64,000 nt of DNA, from positions 862,282-926,281 of the forward strand of contig NMRA01000055.1 in assembly GCA_002633005.1 (NCBI GenBank), given 5' to 3'. Under the pieces are notes generated by a model. The model was not told the DNA's origin. It ran no database searches and saw only the letters and a program-made list of their open reading frames with translations. Shown here piece after piece: positions 27,699 through 39,449 of the stretch. The translations under genes and the position numbers were made by a program. This DNA comes from Phoronis australis. Its lineage: Eukaryota > Animalia > Phoronida. Positions within the stretch are counted from its first letter, which is position 1; every line of letters starts with the position of its first letter.

Positions 27699-28637
27699 TC
27701 ACATGTGACGTTTCATGTGCAAACTCAGGTGATCGCTACGAGAGAACGCGCGTTCACACAGATGACACCGGAATGGACGATCACCAGTGTGCTTGCGATA
27801 GTGCCGTGTGAGCTCGTCTGAACGTGCAAACTTCCATCCGCACCCTTTCCAGTTGCAGTGATAAGGCTTCTCTCCTGTGTGTGTCCTAAGGTGAGCTTTC
27901 AAGTGTGAACTCTTTGTGTATGTTTTCTGACAGCCAGGATGGCTGCACTGATGAGACGTCTGCCGCTTCTTCCCCCAGCTTCGACGGCCTCGTTTTCGCG
28001 GAGGATTCTCCATGAGGTTCAATGCCTGCGGTAGCAGCAAGTCCACCAGCTGTGGCGACGACGGTGGACTCAACGGAACTTGCTGGCAGCCAGGCATTTT
28101 GGGCAGAATGTGAGGGTGTTGGTTGACAAATCTCATGTGCTGAGAAGGGATTGCAATTGGGGAGCTAGGCGACATCAAGCGCATCATCTTCATAGGGGGG
28201 ACACAGTCTTCCATTGGAAGCTCTGGACTTGATGGTGGTGACAACGGCATGTTCATTGGCTGTCCTGGGAAGACAGACACATTGGCCGAGTAGCTACACG
28301 GGGACATAGAGTATTCGCGCTTGAGATTGCAAGGCAGCACTGATTTGTCAACATTATCAAATTTAATGTCTGGAAAGTCGACAAAAGCAGACGAAAAGTC
28401 TGGAAGTCCCGGTTCCATTTTGATTTGAATTCCATTATCTTCAGGAAATAAACTATTGTCAATGATAAAGTCAAGATCAAGAAGTTCTTCATATTGCGGG
28501 GAGCATAGCTCTGCTGGAGGTGTGCACGGCGCACCGTATGTCATGTCAAAGGACTGTGTCATCTCTGTCTGACCCGAGATGGCGCTCTCGTAGGATGGTG
28601 GATCTTGGCACAGGAATGTGTCCACATCGCACCAATT
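27699..28637 (-). CDS. KLF2/4: Krueppel-like factor, KLF1/2/4 subfamily, exon 2 with all three C2H2 fingers
   Basis: KRGRRSW basic region, three KLF fingers ([22 protein letters not shown]...[14 protein letters not shown]...[15 protein letters not shown]), and [13 protein letters not shown] matching the KLF4 DLLDLDFILSNSL motif. ttttttcag acceptor at 28640-28638. Confidence 0.95.
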   Translation of the reverse strand, partial: NWCDVDTFLCQDPPSYESAISGQTEMTQSFDMTYGAPCTPPAELCSPQYEELLDLDFIIDNSLFPEDNGIQIKMEPGLPDFSSAFVDFPDIKFDNVDKSVLPCNLKREYSMSPCSYSANVSVFPGQPMNMPLSPPSSPELPMEDCVPPMKMMRLMSPSSPIAIPSQHMRFVNQHPHILPKMPGCQQVPLSPPSSPQLVDLLLPQALNLMENPPRKRGRRSWGKKRQTSHQCSHPGCQKTYTKSSHLKAHLRTHTGEKPYHCNWKGCGWKFARSDELTRHYRKHTGDRPFRCHLCERAFSRSDHLSLHMKRHM

Positions 28638-29003
28638 CTGAAAAAAGTAGCAGAAAATAGTAAACAACTACGCAAATACAGTAAACCAAGTAGAAGTACG
28701 TGAACTAGTCACCTACATCATTAGGCAGCATAACGAACTAATGGCCAGCTCAGAAGTCACCGAGACTGCTTAATTGACTTATAGCTTAGGTTTTGCAATC
28801 TCAGAAAGACTAAAATTTGACGCTGCATGGTGACTGGATAATAACCACTGTGCCAATGACGCAGAATAAAATGTTGTTATTTATCTGCAAATTGTATGGT
28901 AAATCTTTGCAGAAAATGAGCTTCCATAAATGTTTAGAGAAATAGAAAATCACTGCAAGTAATTATATTTACTTCCAATAGCAAAAATGCATGTTATACT
29001 TAC

Positions 29004-29093
29004 TTGATTTATGTCTAAACCGTCTTCAAACTTGCTAGGGTTCGTGGAAAATGACCCAATCATAGTATTCATCGTATCTGTCAGTACCGACAT
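29004..29093 (-). CDS. KLF2/4: KLF1/2/4 exon 1 (MSVLTDTMNTMIGSFSTNPSKFEDGLDINQ)
   Basis: SFST motif as in the KLF2/4 N-terminus (PSFSTF). GTAAGT donor at 29003-28998, phase 0, in frame with exon 2. Intron is 366 nt. Confidence 0.85.
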
Positions 29094-29137
29094 AGTAGCT
29101 CGGAGACACGTCTTGCTAGTGACAACAATCAAGGTAT

Positions 29138-29225
29138 ACTGACCTTACAGCGGCATCTTGCTTCTTATATATAGCGTTCTAAAAATAGAACTTGGATACA
29201 TGCGCAGAGCGATGTTATGACGTCA
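29138..29225 (-). promoter_or_regulatory. KLF core promoter: CRE, MEF2, TATA, Inr
   Basis: TGACGTCA 29218-29225, CTAAAAATAG 29179-29188, TATATAAG starting at 29171, and TCAGT initiator with +1 at 29140 (31 nt from TATA). Confidence 0.8.
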
Positions 29226-29239
29226 AAGGTATGCATTCC

Positions 29240-29365
29240 GGAGACATGAGAGACTCGCAATAATATAAGTTCTCGCAAGACTTCGCGAGACATTACCGTG
29301 TATTGCAAGTATAACACGTGATCATACTGGCTCCTTATTGCGAGATTCTTGCGTATGTAGAACTC
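29240..29365. mobile_element. MITE family C-related copy inside the KLF promoter
   Basis: gcaagacttcgcgaga...ccgtgtatt...cacgtga matches the reverse complement of 7420-7480. Confidence 0.65.
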
Positions 29366-29518
29366 AATTTACGTTACAGAGCTCTGCGGTTGCCAAGCAG
29401 TCTCATGTAAATATTGTTCATTGGAAATCTGCTGAGACAAATCATCAGACAATTGAAAAATGTCGGGGCTTGTCTTAAAGGGATCTTTACTAAAGTGTAC
29501 GACTTTCGCAACATGAGC

Positions 29519-29585
29519 TGACGCAGAGTTCTATTTTTAGAAGGGGGTATAAATGAAAGTTCTCCACGGAAATGTATTCAATGGC
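29519..29585 (+). promoter_or_regulatory. Divergent promoter module: CRE-like, MEF2, TATA, Inr-like
   Basis: TGACGCA 29519-29525, CTATTTTTAG 29531-29540, TATAAATG 29548-29555, TCAAT with A at 29580. Confidence 0.6.
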
Positions 29586-32500
29586 AAGTGAATGTTGCGG
29601 TAGATACTAGGCATACTGATCACGGTTCAACTGTTCATAACAATACTGAATGGTTGTTTACTTCTTGCGCATTACTGACCTGGTAGGGTCAAGGTGAGAG
29701 GGATCATAGCAGGGATACTTTTCCCTTGGTTAGTGTGGAATATGCCAGTTTTAACTGACCTGCAAGCGCCCCAACCTATGACACACCACGAGAAAAGTGA
29801 ATTAAGTATAAGCCCTTATTTGCAACTCAGTGACGACCTAGTAAGCCTGGTGGAGTGTACCAAAGTCACACTTGCACTGTTTTATACATTTTCACGTTTT
29901 ATATTTAAAACAATCGTTAATACGGGGTTCATCGATAGGACATAACGAAGAATTTTCCAACGTTTACAAATCCCAGATGGACACACGATGCATTTTGGTT
30001 TGTTTCAGTTATTTGCGAAAATATTTGAATTTCTTGTCATAGTTCGTATGCATGTACGTTCACCATCATCCGGGATTAACACGCTAGTTTTGTAGTCCCA
30101 GCCATCAATTCGCCGCAAAAGTTTAATTTAAAAATCCGTCTTGGATTGGACCTCAACTTGTGTGAAAACATAATTGTTCAGTATTATACCTGTTGAGATT
30201 CACCGGGTTCGCGGTTCAGTGCAGCGGTTGCACGTACTGTGGTATCAGCGGTATATGCATTCATACAGCTACTGCGAGAATGACGTATTGAACGGTTGTC
30301 TACACGAGTATCATTAGCCAATATAGCCACAAAAATGAAAATAGGACGCGTAGCAAGCTTTCAGCCCGGCAAAACATCTCTGTTGTTGAATGTTTGTGGC
30401 GTTGTGAACCAATGCGACAATACAAATCACGGTTGCAGGCTTAGAGATTTTTAATAAGAGCTTACCAATGCCAATTTGTCATGGACGAATACCAAGCCAA
30501 CCCATATTCGTGACCCAGCCAGGTCAACAATTAATAGTTTTTCTCCCACGCAAGCTAAAAAAACAAACGTGTTGCCGAGCAAGTGTATCGAGCAACCAGC
30601 TGTTCAACGTAGGTTCAATCATGGATTTTTTGTCACAGTTTGGAATAATTGACGTACTACCTCCGACTTCGCGAATTTTCCAGAAATAGTAATTGGCTCA
30701 ATGGCCACTGAGGTTTTGTTGCAGATGTTTGTTTTTCGTATTAAATTTCATACACAAACGTAATCTTGATGGATGGATAAAGGCCTGTCACCAGTGGTAT
30801 TTTTACTCGACTTTTGTTTAGAGGAAGTCGTCCCAGATCCTATTCCGGTTAATGCTGCAGAAAAAATCTTAACGATTCTATTAGAAGTCTAATGCGTCAG
30901 TTTAAAACGTAGCGACCAGAGATTCGTTAACAGTTTTAGGTTTGCAAAGTGCTCTAAACCCGCCTTTCGTCAAAAAATCCTACGTCTGCTGTAAACCGCT
31001 TACAGATATGACAGCATTGGAGGCAAATTGGAGGTGATTTCCGGACTTGCGTTTAAAAAGGCTTGTAGTTTGATAACAGAAAAGGGGAAAACATTACTTA
31101 CACTTTGGCAGTCAAATACCAATGACCTCAACGTGGGTGGACAACATTTTTAACTTTGTGAAAACTAGTAAAAATTTATCTAGTTTCTAATTGCTTCGAA
31201 TTGAAACAACACGAAGTTTTACGAGTTTTCACAAACGCATTGAAGTCACTGACATTTGAGGTGCCAAGAATTCATGTATTCTGGGACACCTTTGCAATTA
31301 TTCGTAGCGAATGCTAGCAAAAGCGGATTTGGGAATTTTAGCACAAGAATCAAATATCACAATTTTTTTCCGTGTTTAACATACAAAAAATTCAGTTTCA
31401 ACGGCCTCATTCGCTAAACTAGAGTCCAGCAAGTCAAACCTTGGTTTAATACGTCTTTGAACTTTGACCTCGTGGCGCATGTTGTGCAAATGCGGTGACA
31501 CCACATGAAGTTAAACACCAAAAAAGAAATATTTCAAAGTTTTCTTCACAGTGAATAACAAAAACTAGGTCGATTTTGCGAAGTGATCTCCCGTAAATTT
31601 GCCGGTTATCGTTTTTTCCATTTTGCTACGTCAACATTTAATTTTTTAATCTCTGACGTCACACTAACACGGCACTAAGAAAGATAACTAAACCGGAGAC
31701 TTTTCTGTCTCAGTAACAGCGCGAGACACTTGCACGTGAAACTTAGTGTGAACGCTTGCTGTGCTTGTAATGCCTGGCTGTATCTCCTGATAACTTGTTG
31801 CGCGATCTCCGAGTCGTCTTTCTCCCAAGAAAGTTGCTCTAACGTAAGGCCGCCCGGTCAGTGACAGTTAGTAACTTCTCAAAATTAATACAAAATGTCT
31901 CCTACCATACCAAAGAAAAACAAAACTTTACAAACTGGAGACTTAAGCAACCAATTTCCAACTTGTCAAATTTTATTCTTAAGAAATAACCAAGTTTGCC
32001 GTTATCCATGAGTTTAAAGAAAAAATTAAGCGCCGGTGAACTGTAAATCATACAAAATCTTATCTCTTGCATAGTTTCGTCGAGATAAAATTTAGAGAGA
32101 CGTAATCGCTTATCATTTTCACAGTACATTCGCACCGACTCGCGCAAAGTTCAAACAAACCTAGCAACGGAATTTTTCTGAGAAACCATATAGTTAAAGG
32201 TGTATTAATTAAAAATTACGGAAACGCGGTTTTCCTTTAATGGTAAAATGTATACATAAACACACACCTGTATTTATAGACCCCCGCATTGGAATGTGCC
32301 ATGAATTATTTGAAATCTTGCATGTTTGTGAAATTATTGATTACTTGTTTAACTGTTAGTGTCTATTAAAAATTGGATGTAATGAGACAATATGTCCTGT
32401 TGTCATGGACACCAGGTAAAATATTCTTTCCATATTATACCCGTACATGCGTGCTAGAGTTTTTGATGGTATCTATTTCACCCCATCAAACAAGCTGTCT

Positions 32501-34739
32501 TGACAACCACCGGGATAAACGAACAAAATAAAAACAATGATGTCAAACTTCCATTGGGAAAATCAAACATCCGTTCGTGGAACTTTTTATTTAATGCGAC
32601 ACAAAACAGTTTCATTTTCATTTATTTCTGTTTGCTCAAATTCTCAAGTGCGATTAATTTACAATCATTCTGTTATACAAACAGAAACGGTAAAGAACGA
32701 CCAGATATCCTAAGTGCATACCTATAAGGTTAACGCCTTGGCTCTCGACGACTAAAAGAATGTGATACTATCACCTTTGCGTCGGTGGACACACACGAAT
32801 TGTATTAAAACCGCGACGGGAACAAATACAGACGTTTTATTTCATCACCCACGCCCAGCCGCCGGAAATCTTGCCTAAAAAATCGGCAATTTCCGGACCC
32901 GAAGAGGTTCGAACCTATCGTACAGCAACATACATGCACATGTAACGTACCGCCACTAGATTTGCCGAAAGGCGCACGGGGGCTGACAGGGAGGACATGT
33001 CGAATATCTACGAGACAAAAAATACACGCAATATCATGATGGACAAAGGAAGAGACGTTTACCGCTACTAAGTTAATTGGGGGTAATGTTTATGACAAAT
33101 CACGCGTCAGAGGAGATTGGTATAGGCTAGTTGTCCCAGCAGTGGAAACATGTACAATCACCACTTGCACCTTCTGTCACAGCGCCACCTCTGGAGACGA
33201 ATGGTTCTATGAAAGGATGGTGATGAACATGTAGAAGTACATGTTCTGGTGTTTGTAAATACAGTCATGCTACGTGTTTAAATTGGTTTCGACAAGCTCA
33301 ACGATCCAGAATGAATGAATTTGCCTTGTCAGGACTTGACATTGAAAAAGAGAATAGAAAACAGATGTAATATCAAAAGTTACCGCTAAGAATGTTTAAG
33401 GGAGTTAACAGATCTAATTTATCGTTGATTTTTTAAATAAATCTTTATTTTGAATTTTCTTTTTGCTTAATACAAATCTAATAAAATACGAGGGTCACCA
33501 AATTAATTTTTCGGGTACAGCCACCTAAACAACTGAAGGCACATCTGACAAAAATGTGGATGAGTGCTGAAAAGCCATCTCTGATTATTGAAACCCTTTA
33601 GAAAACTGATTAATTTTGTTGTACGTTGTCAGTATTTTATGTTTCGAAGGTTTTAATACTACTGACCACTTTGCTGATTTTCTTACGTCGACGTTGAGTA
33701 AACTTTTTTCTGGATTTCCGAGAACCTAAAATTGTGCGTATTTATTTCTACATAAAAAGTTACTCCGTTAAATATTTTCTTGTTTGTTTTATTTTGATTT
33801 CCATTGTGTTTTCTATAAAATGAGAAGAAAAATTAGGGATTACCGAGTTCGTTTTTGACATAATTTAGATCAAACATCGTCATGAATGCGCAATTTGACC
33901 TTCTCAAAAGCGCGCTAATTTCAAGATCATGATCACTCCGCTGCATTTCACTAGATGACGCTTATGTAAGGTTGCTGGGACTGATGAAGCTGATGTGAAC
34001 AAGTAAGGAACGGAGATTTTATTTAATAAAATTAAAATTGCCGTTTGAATTAAGTCGCACTAATATCTACACATGGGTTTACCTATTGTTAAATATGGCG
34101 TAATTGTGAAATTTGATGTCGCGCACTATCAATAAACGCCAAAAATGACAAAAACTCAATGCAAAATCACTTTTTTGAATAAAGTAATCTGTTATTTGAA
34201 TAAATCATACTCAAAAGGTCAATGTCTTAAAAACGACTACTTTACGGCAATTTGACAAACTCTGTATCTTGACTTCCCTTGACGCTTCCCTTAGAACGCT
34301 TTCAAATAAATATTTCGATTTGCGCTATTGTCCATCTTCTGATTTCATTATATATACAACTTGATACACACACTTTTCTGAAACTATTACGGAACATAAG
34401 TCGAGCACGATAATCACGGAGAGTCACTCACAAGGAAAAGAAACCCTAAATGACCGGGAGTCATTCTTGAGCGAAAAATCCCACAATAAGTGCATTATTG
34501 AGAGGAGAATAATGGTTTCGGAAAAGTTTCCAAAATATAATAGTGATATCTACTTGTTCCTAAAAAAGCTTTCTTACGTCAACCTCCAGGTGTGCATTTT
34601 CGTGACATTGAGTGGTGAGCCGTACTCCTGCTCTTGCGAACTTGAGCGGAGTTAGTACGAAAGGACCAGGAAACGGACGAATACANCAAGCACACTGCCA
34701 TACCAAACTTGAAATTTGAGCATAGACTCCAAATTTTTA

Positions 34740-34940
34740 CTCAAAATCGTACTCGAAATATAGATGAGATACACTTCAGTTCGAGTACACTCGAAAACTG
34801 AGTACGTGCTCGAAATTTCGAGTACAGATTTTTCGAGTATGACATTGAATACACCAAAGCTGAGTCTGTACTCGAGTTGAGTATGAAGTGTGAGTTTGAG
34901 CATGATTCGAGTCTGAGTACGGAGATTGGAGACCGGGCCC
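34740..34940. repeat. (GT)ACTCGA / TCGAGTA-rich repeat, probably a non-autonomous DNA transposon
   Basis: Many short ACTCGA/TCGAGT units in both orientations. Confidence 0.55.
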
Positions 34941-37157
34941 AGGAAACGGACGAATACATTCAAACTCACATGAGCGTGAAGTGACACGGGGCTATTGCCG
35001 TACTTTTGTATATGACTTGTTTCAGTAACCTCTCCATAGACACAAGCCTCTCCGATGTGGCGTGTCCATTTTTCGTTGCCACACGTTCCATCTCTTTTAA
35101 ATAATTCCGCGAATAAACTTTTGAGAATAAAGATTAAGCGAAATTTGATAGGCCAATGCAATGACAACTAAAGTTCCCGTTCAAGAAGATCGCACTTTGA
35201 TGAAGTGCTTGGGAAAACACCACGGCAAACTTTGCCTGAATTAAATTGAAGTGGGAATATGAACAGTCGGTTAAACTGGGCGAAAGACTTCACAAAGCTT
35301 GCACTAAAAATTAAAGTCCATTGAAACAGATTCCAAAATCGATTTTTTCCATACGAAAGAGCCGCCTGCTACTTAAAAACGAACATAGATACACCAAATC
35401 AGCAGTTTTCACCCCTAAGCCACTTTTCGCATTCTTTCAACCGGCAGTCGGTGGTCTCATGATATGTTTGACGTCATCAAGCATAATAAACACGGAAGCA
35501 CGAATGAAAAAAGCAAACACTCACAGTCACATTCGACTTTTGTGTTTTATAACCGTGATAGTGCTTTTCAATGTGATTTAATAAGTATCAATTGGCGGCA
35601 GTGGGTACAATTGTATGACAAGATGGGCACAAGTGGTGGTGACGTCCCACATGAAGCCACTAGATTTTGTCGCCTTCGCTTTCAATCTGAACAGACTCAA
35701 CAGGTGAATGCCACTCGTAGCCTCCACATGCAACACCAAACTTGAAATGCCCAGCTAACCCAGCAGGCACGAGGACTTGGGGGCGCCAAACTCAACCGTG
35801 GCTAAAAAAATGGTGAATGCCACCTTGAAGAGAATTAAGATTTTGAGTTTTTGCCATTTCTATCATATTGGCTAATTTTCGACACATGGGCTCCGTCATA
35901 GCGTTGAATTTGCAGTGCCAAAGGTGATTCACCCCTCCGCCACCTGGTGTATACTACATACGGGTCTGATGTTTTATGAGCTAATCAATTATTATTGCTA
36001 TTAATTGATGTCTTTGATGACACACAACAAGCCAGCCTTGAAACAAAATTTAAACATTTAAGACTGCAACCCTGGATAAAAGCTATTTAGTTCCTCTAAG
36101 GAAGGTAAGACTGGAATTAAGGGATTGGACCAGTTTACGATCACGTGGAAAAAGGTGTTCAGAATAGGACCTGACACAGCTCCAAAACTGAATGACGCTC
36201 GATGTTATTTTTGTGATTAAGACGTCTTACCGCCAATTTAAAAATGTTTCCAAACTCAAGCCTGCCAACTACACTTTAGGGAAAAACAGTGTACTTTCAG
36301 TTTTTGAATTTCCATTTTTAGTTACGTAATAAGACAAAAACACATAAAATGTGAACAGGCGACGTCTGGCGGGACTTCTGTCCTGTCCGAGACACAACAT
36401 AATTCGTACTGAGCGCTAAAATTTTATACTGTTGAAGCCTAGTGATAGAAGTGCTGTGAACAAATAGTAATTCGTGAGAAAACTCACTTTGTAACTGAAC
36501 TAAGTAGTTAGTGAATAGAAGATGAACACTGCAAGTGCCGGGCTCATCAGCCAGGTCATTAACTGTGCGCTCTGGCGACCAAGTTGAGGGAGTTTAACTG
36601 AATGCACGCGCAGGTTTTAGGGCAACATTTCCGTATCAAATCTTGTGTACAGAGCAACAAAATGGGAAATATAATTCCCTGACTTTTTATTAGTTTATTT
36701 GTTGTTAGCCTATGCCTTCGTAAAGTGATTTTATCGTCGATGCTGAAATGTAACGCGATGTTCCATATCAGCAATAAAGAACTGACAACCGCCATTTGGT
36801 TGATCATAACAAAATTATTAAAATCCATGCATTGTAAAAGCGAGGTCAGACGAGAGCACTCGCAATATCGCGGTAAATGCGCTTTCTACGTTTATGTCAC
36901 TGATCACATGAAAACGTGTTTGTCGGGGAGATAGAGTGCCTCCTTTTGGAAATTTTCTGGACTAGGAACTGCGCAAGCTGTTCGTCCGCGCTTACTTTGT
37001 CCTCCAGGTACCAACAAAATTTTGGTAAACAAGTGTTCTTAGTGCTAACAATAACTGAGAATGTGTTCATGGATTTGATAACTTTGGGTAAGAACCACCA
37101 AAGCGTCTGAGCAGCCGGACTCGAGATTTTATTTAAATCCCATGTATATAGTATATA

Positions 37158-37309
37158 CGGATGGGTGGATTCAGGATTTTGAGTGGGGGGCAGGGCAGAG
37201 TAATAGGCAGGATTTTGCCCGTCAGACATTGACCCCCGTACTGCCAAATGGAATCTGGGAGAATTTTAGGGGGGTATGGACCCCCTTGGCCCCCTTAAAT
37301 CCGCCACTG
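37158..37309 (-). mobile_element. MITE family A copy, reverse orientation
   Basis: Reverse complement aligns with 24137-24291. Flanked by atata / atata. Confidence 0.8.
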
Positions 37310-39235
37310 ATATACAACAACGCTTTCGATACATTTGCTAATTGATTGCCTTTAATCAGAACATTATCATGTGACACTCTACAAAACAACATGTTCTATC
37401 TGAATATGTTCACCAGGATGTCCGATACATGAGTAAACACATTCCATGCTGTGCATCGACAGATGAATTGAAAAAATAACCAGAAATTTTCGGCTTTGCA
37501 GATATCGTGGCTGGAGCTTGAAGGTGCAACAGACTCATCAGCCGCAATTTAGTATTACGCCTAGCGACATCTAGCGGCAAAACATCACACTGATGAAGAT
37601 CCATCAACGATATCAGTTTGAGGGAACCTGTGCGAAACACACCGTAAAACGCTGCGTGCTAAAGAAATTAAATTTTGCATGTGTTTTCGTTTGGCATCTA
37701 ATTACAAGAGAAGCAATACCAACAGGTTTTCACCCACAGTTAAACAAACTTTATCAGAAATTCGAATCAGGAAAGTAGCATTCCAAGGAAGAAACTCGGG
37801 ACTTATTTATGGAAGAGTGGCATTTGTTCAAATGTATTGACATTCCTCAATGCCTAAAAAGGACATTTCCCACAGACTGAAATAGAGGCGACAAGATGAA
37901 GTATATTCTGCCACTAGATGGCGTTGGGGTATTTGGTGAAAAGGTAGGTAAGTACGAATAAATCAGACCGGGAAGGCTAGATCTCTTCAAAAACTCAAGA
38001 TAAGAGTCTATTATTTTGTGCAGACCATGTTTGGAACTATTCAAAAAGTACTTATTTAATCAGTTCACAAACGAAAACTTATTTCGTCAAAAATTTTCGA
38101 ATCCTATGCCCCCTCCTCCCCTTTTTAGGTAAGCAATCAACATTCACCGTTTCTCGTGCATGAATGTGACTCGTGAATGGATGTGTCCTGATAATAATAT
38201 TTTGTTTTCATTATATACATGACGCAATCATGTACCGTTAGGAAACGTGTTCGTTTTTGATTAAAAAGTCAAGTCAAATAACAAACAAGGACGCTGAACA
38301 GCACCAAAGCGTTTCTATATTTTCAGAAACCATCAAAAGGCGTACCAGATACAGTCACAATCAAAACACGAATACAAAATTTGTTATATCAAAAAAACGA
38401 ATTAGTATACGAGAGCTGCCGCTTAACAACATAGGTTCATCTTAGAGTTAAGTGGGGAGACATTTCAGAAAATTTAAGCTTCTGTTACAGGAGGAACCTT
38501 ATTTATATTCTAATATTTTTTACGAAATCACCCACATCCAACAGGTAGACGGGATACCGTCTGGCTTATAGCAATATACTAAAGTTTTCATAACAAATAT
38601 TATTTACAGTGATTTGACCGTTGAGTGGCGTCAACCACATTCTAACAGAACAAACATATGGTGGTGACAATATGGTTATCTATATTAAATATGATCAATA
38701 AAAAGAAATTTATGCTTGCCGAGGACCCGAAGCTACTTAAGTATAGCCTTGCTTGTTTCATACAGACGGTTGATGATTAAAGTCATCAACTACTCTAAAG
38801 CAATCTTCTAACTTTCAACGTGAGGCTCCTGAGGTGGTTAATATAATGGAGGTTTCCTAAGCCAAACTAGGAACCACGATGTCTAAATATGGCGAACTTC
38901 AGAGAATCATATCTCAGAAATGGAGGTTTGGATTCCTGTGTAACTTTCAGACGCTATGCTTGATATATCGTTATCACAAATGATACTATGAATTGTTTTC
39001 AAAACGTTTTGCATGAGTGGCCATCAAAAATAGTACTCTTACTATTTTTGAAAAGAACAAAGTCGTACAAAATGAAAACGAACTGATGATTTAGAAAGTG
39101 TAACAACGTCTCTGAGATTCATCTTGAATATTTCTATGTAACAAAATTTGGTCGTGTTCTTGATACCGTTGTCTTGCTATGAATGTACCTTTCTTTTAAA
39201 TCAGTTTTTGGCCACAATAAGATTAAAAACCCAAC

Positions 39236-39449
39236 GATCGCCGCACAAATAAAAAAGTTCATGTTCAATTCAACGTTTCGTCTTTTCATTACACATCATC
39301 AGGATCATATTTACAACAATTTAGGACAACAGGTGCCAACATACAGCTCAGGTAACATCCATAGAGTGAAGTGAGAGATACATAGAACATAGTCAGTAGC
39401 TGGTCATCACAATAGTTGCAGGGTCACTGAGCTCTGCATGTTATTCAGA
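39236..39449 (-). mobile_element. Inverted pseudo-LTR of a Penelope-like element
   Basis: Near-identical reverse complement of 42370-42584. Confidence 0.85.
39255..39310 (-). ncRNA. Minimal hammerhead-ribozyme-like motif (PLE type)
   Basis: Minus strand CUGAUGA-U-GUGU-AAUGAAA-AGAC-GAAA-CGUUG. One stem II mismatch. Confidence 0.55.

Noticed and set aside
28253-28534. Alternative-frame ORF inside KLF exon 2
   Set aside because: No motif or independent signals. Expected by chance within coding DNA.
30200-30225. tcaccgggt resembling the miR-36 5' end
   Set aside because: Only the seed matches and I could not see a convincing pre-miRNA hairpin.
34666-34958. 20-bp direct repeat ccaggaaacggacgaataca resembling a long TSD
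   Set aside because: The first copy ends at an N (34686), so an assembly join explains it more simply.
34652-35167. 171-aa ORF
   Set aside because: It arises from the low-complexity ACTCGA repeat and spans an N.
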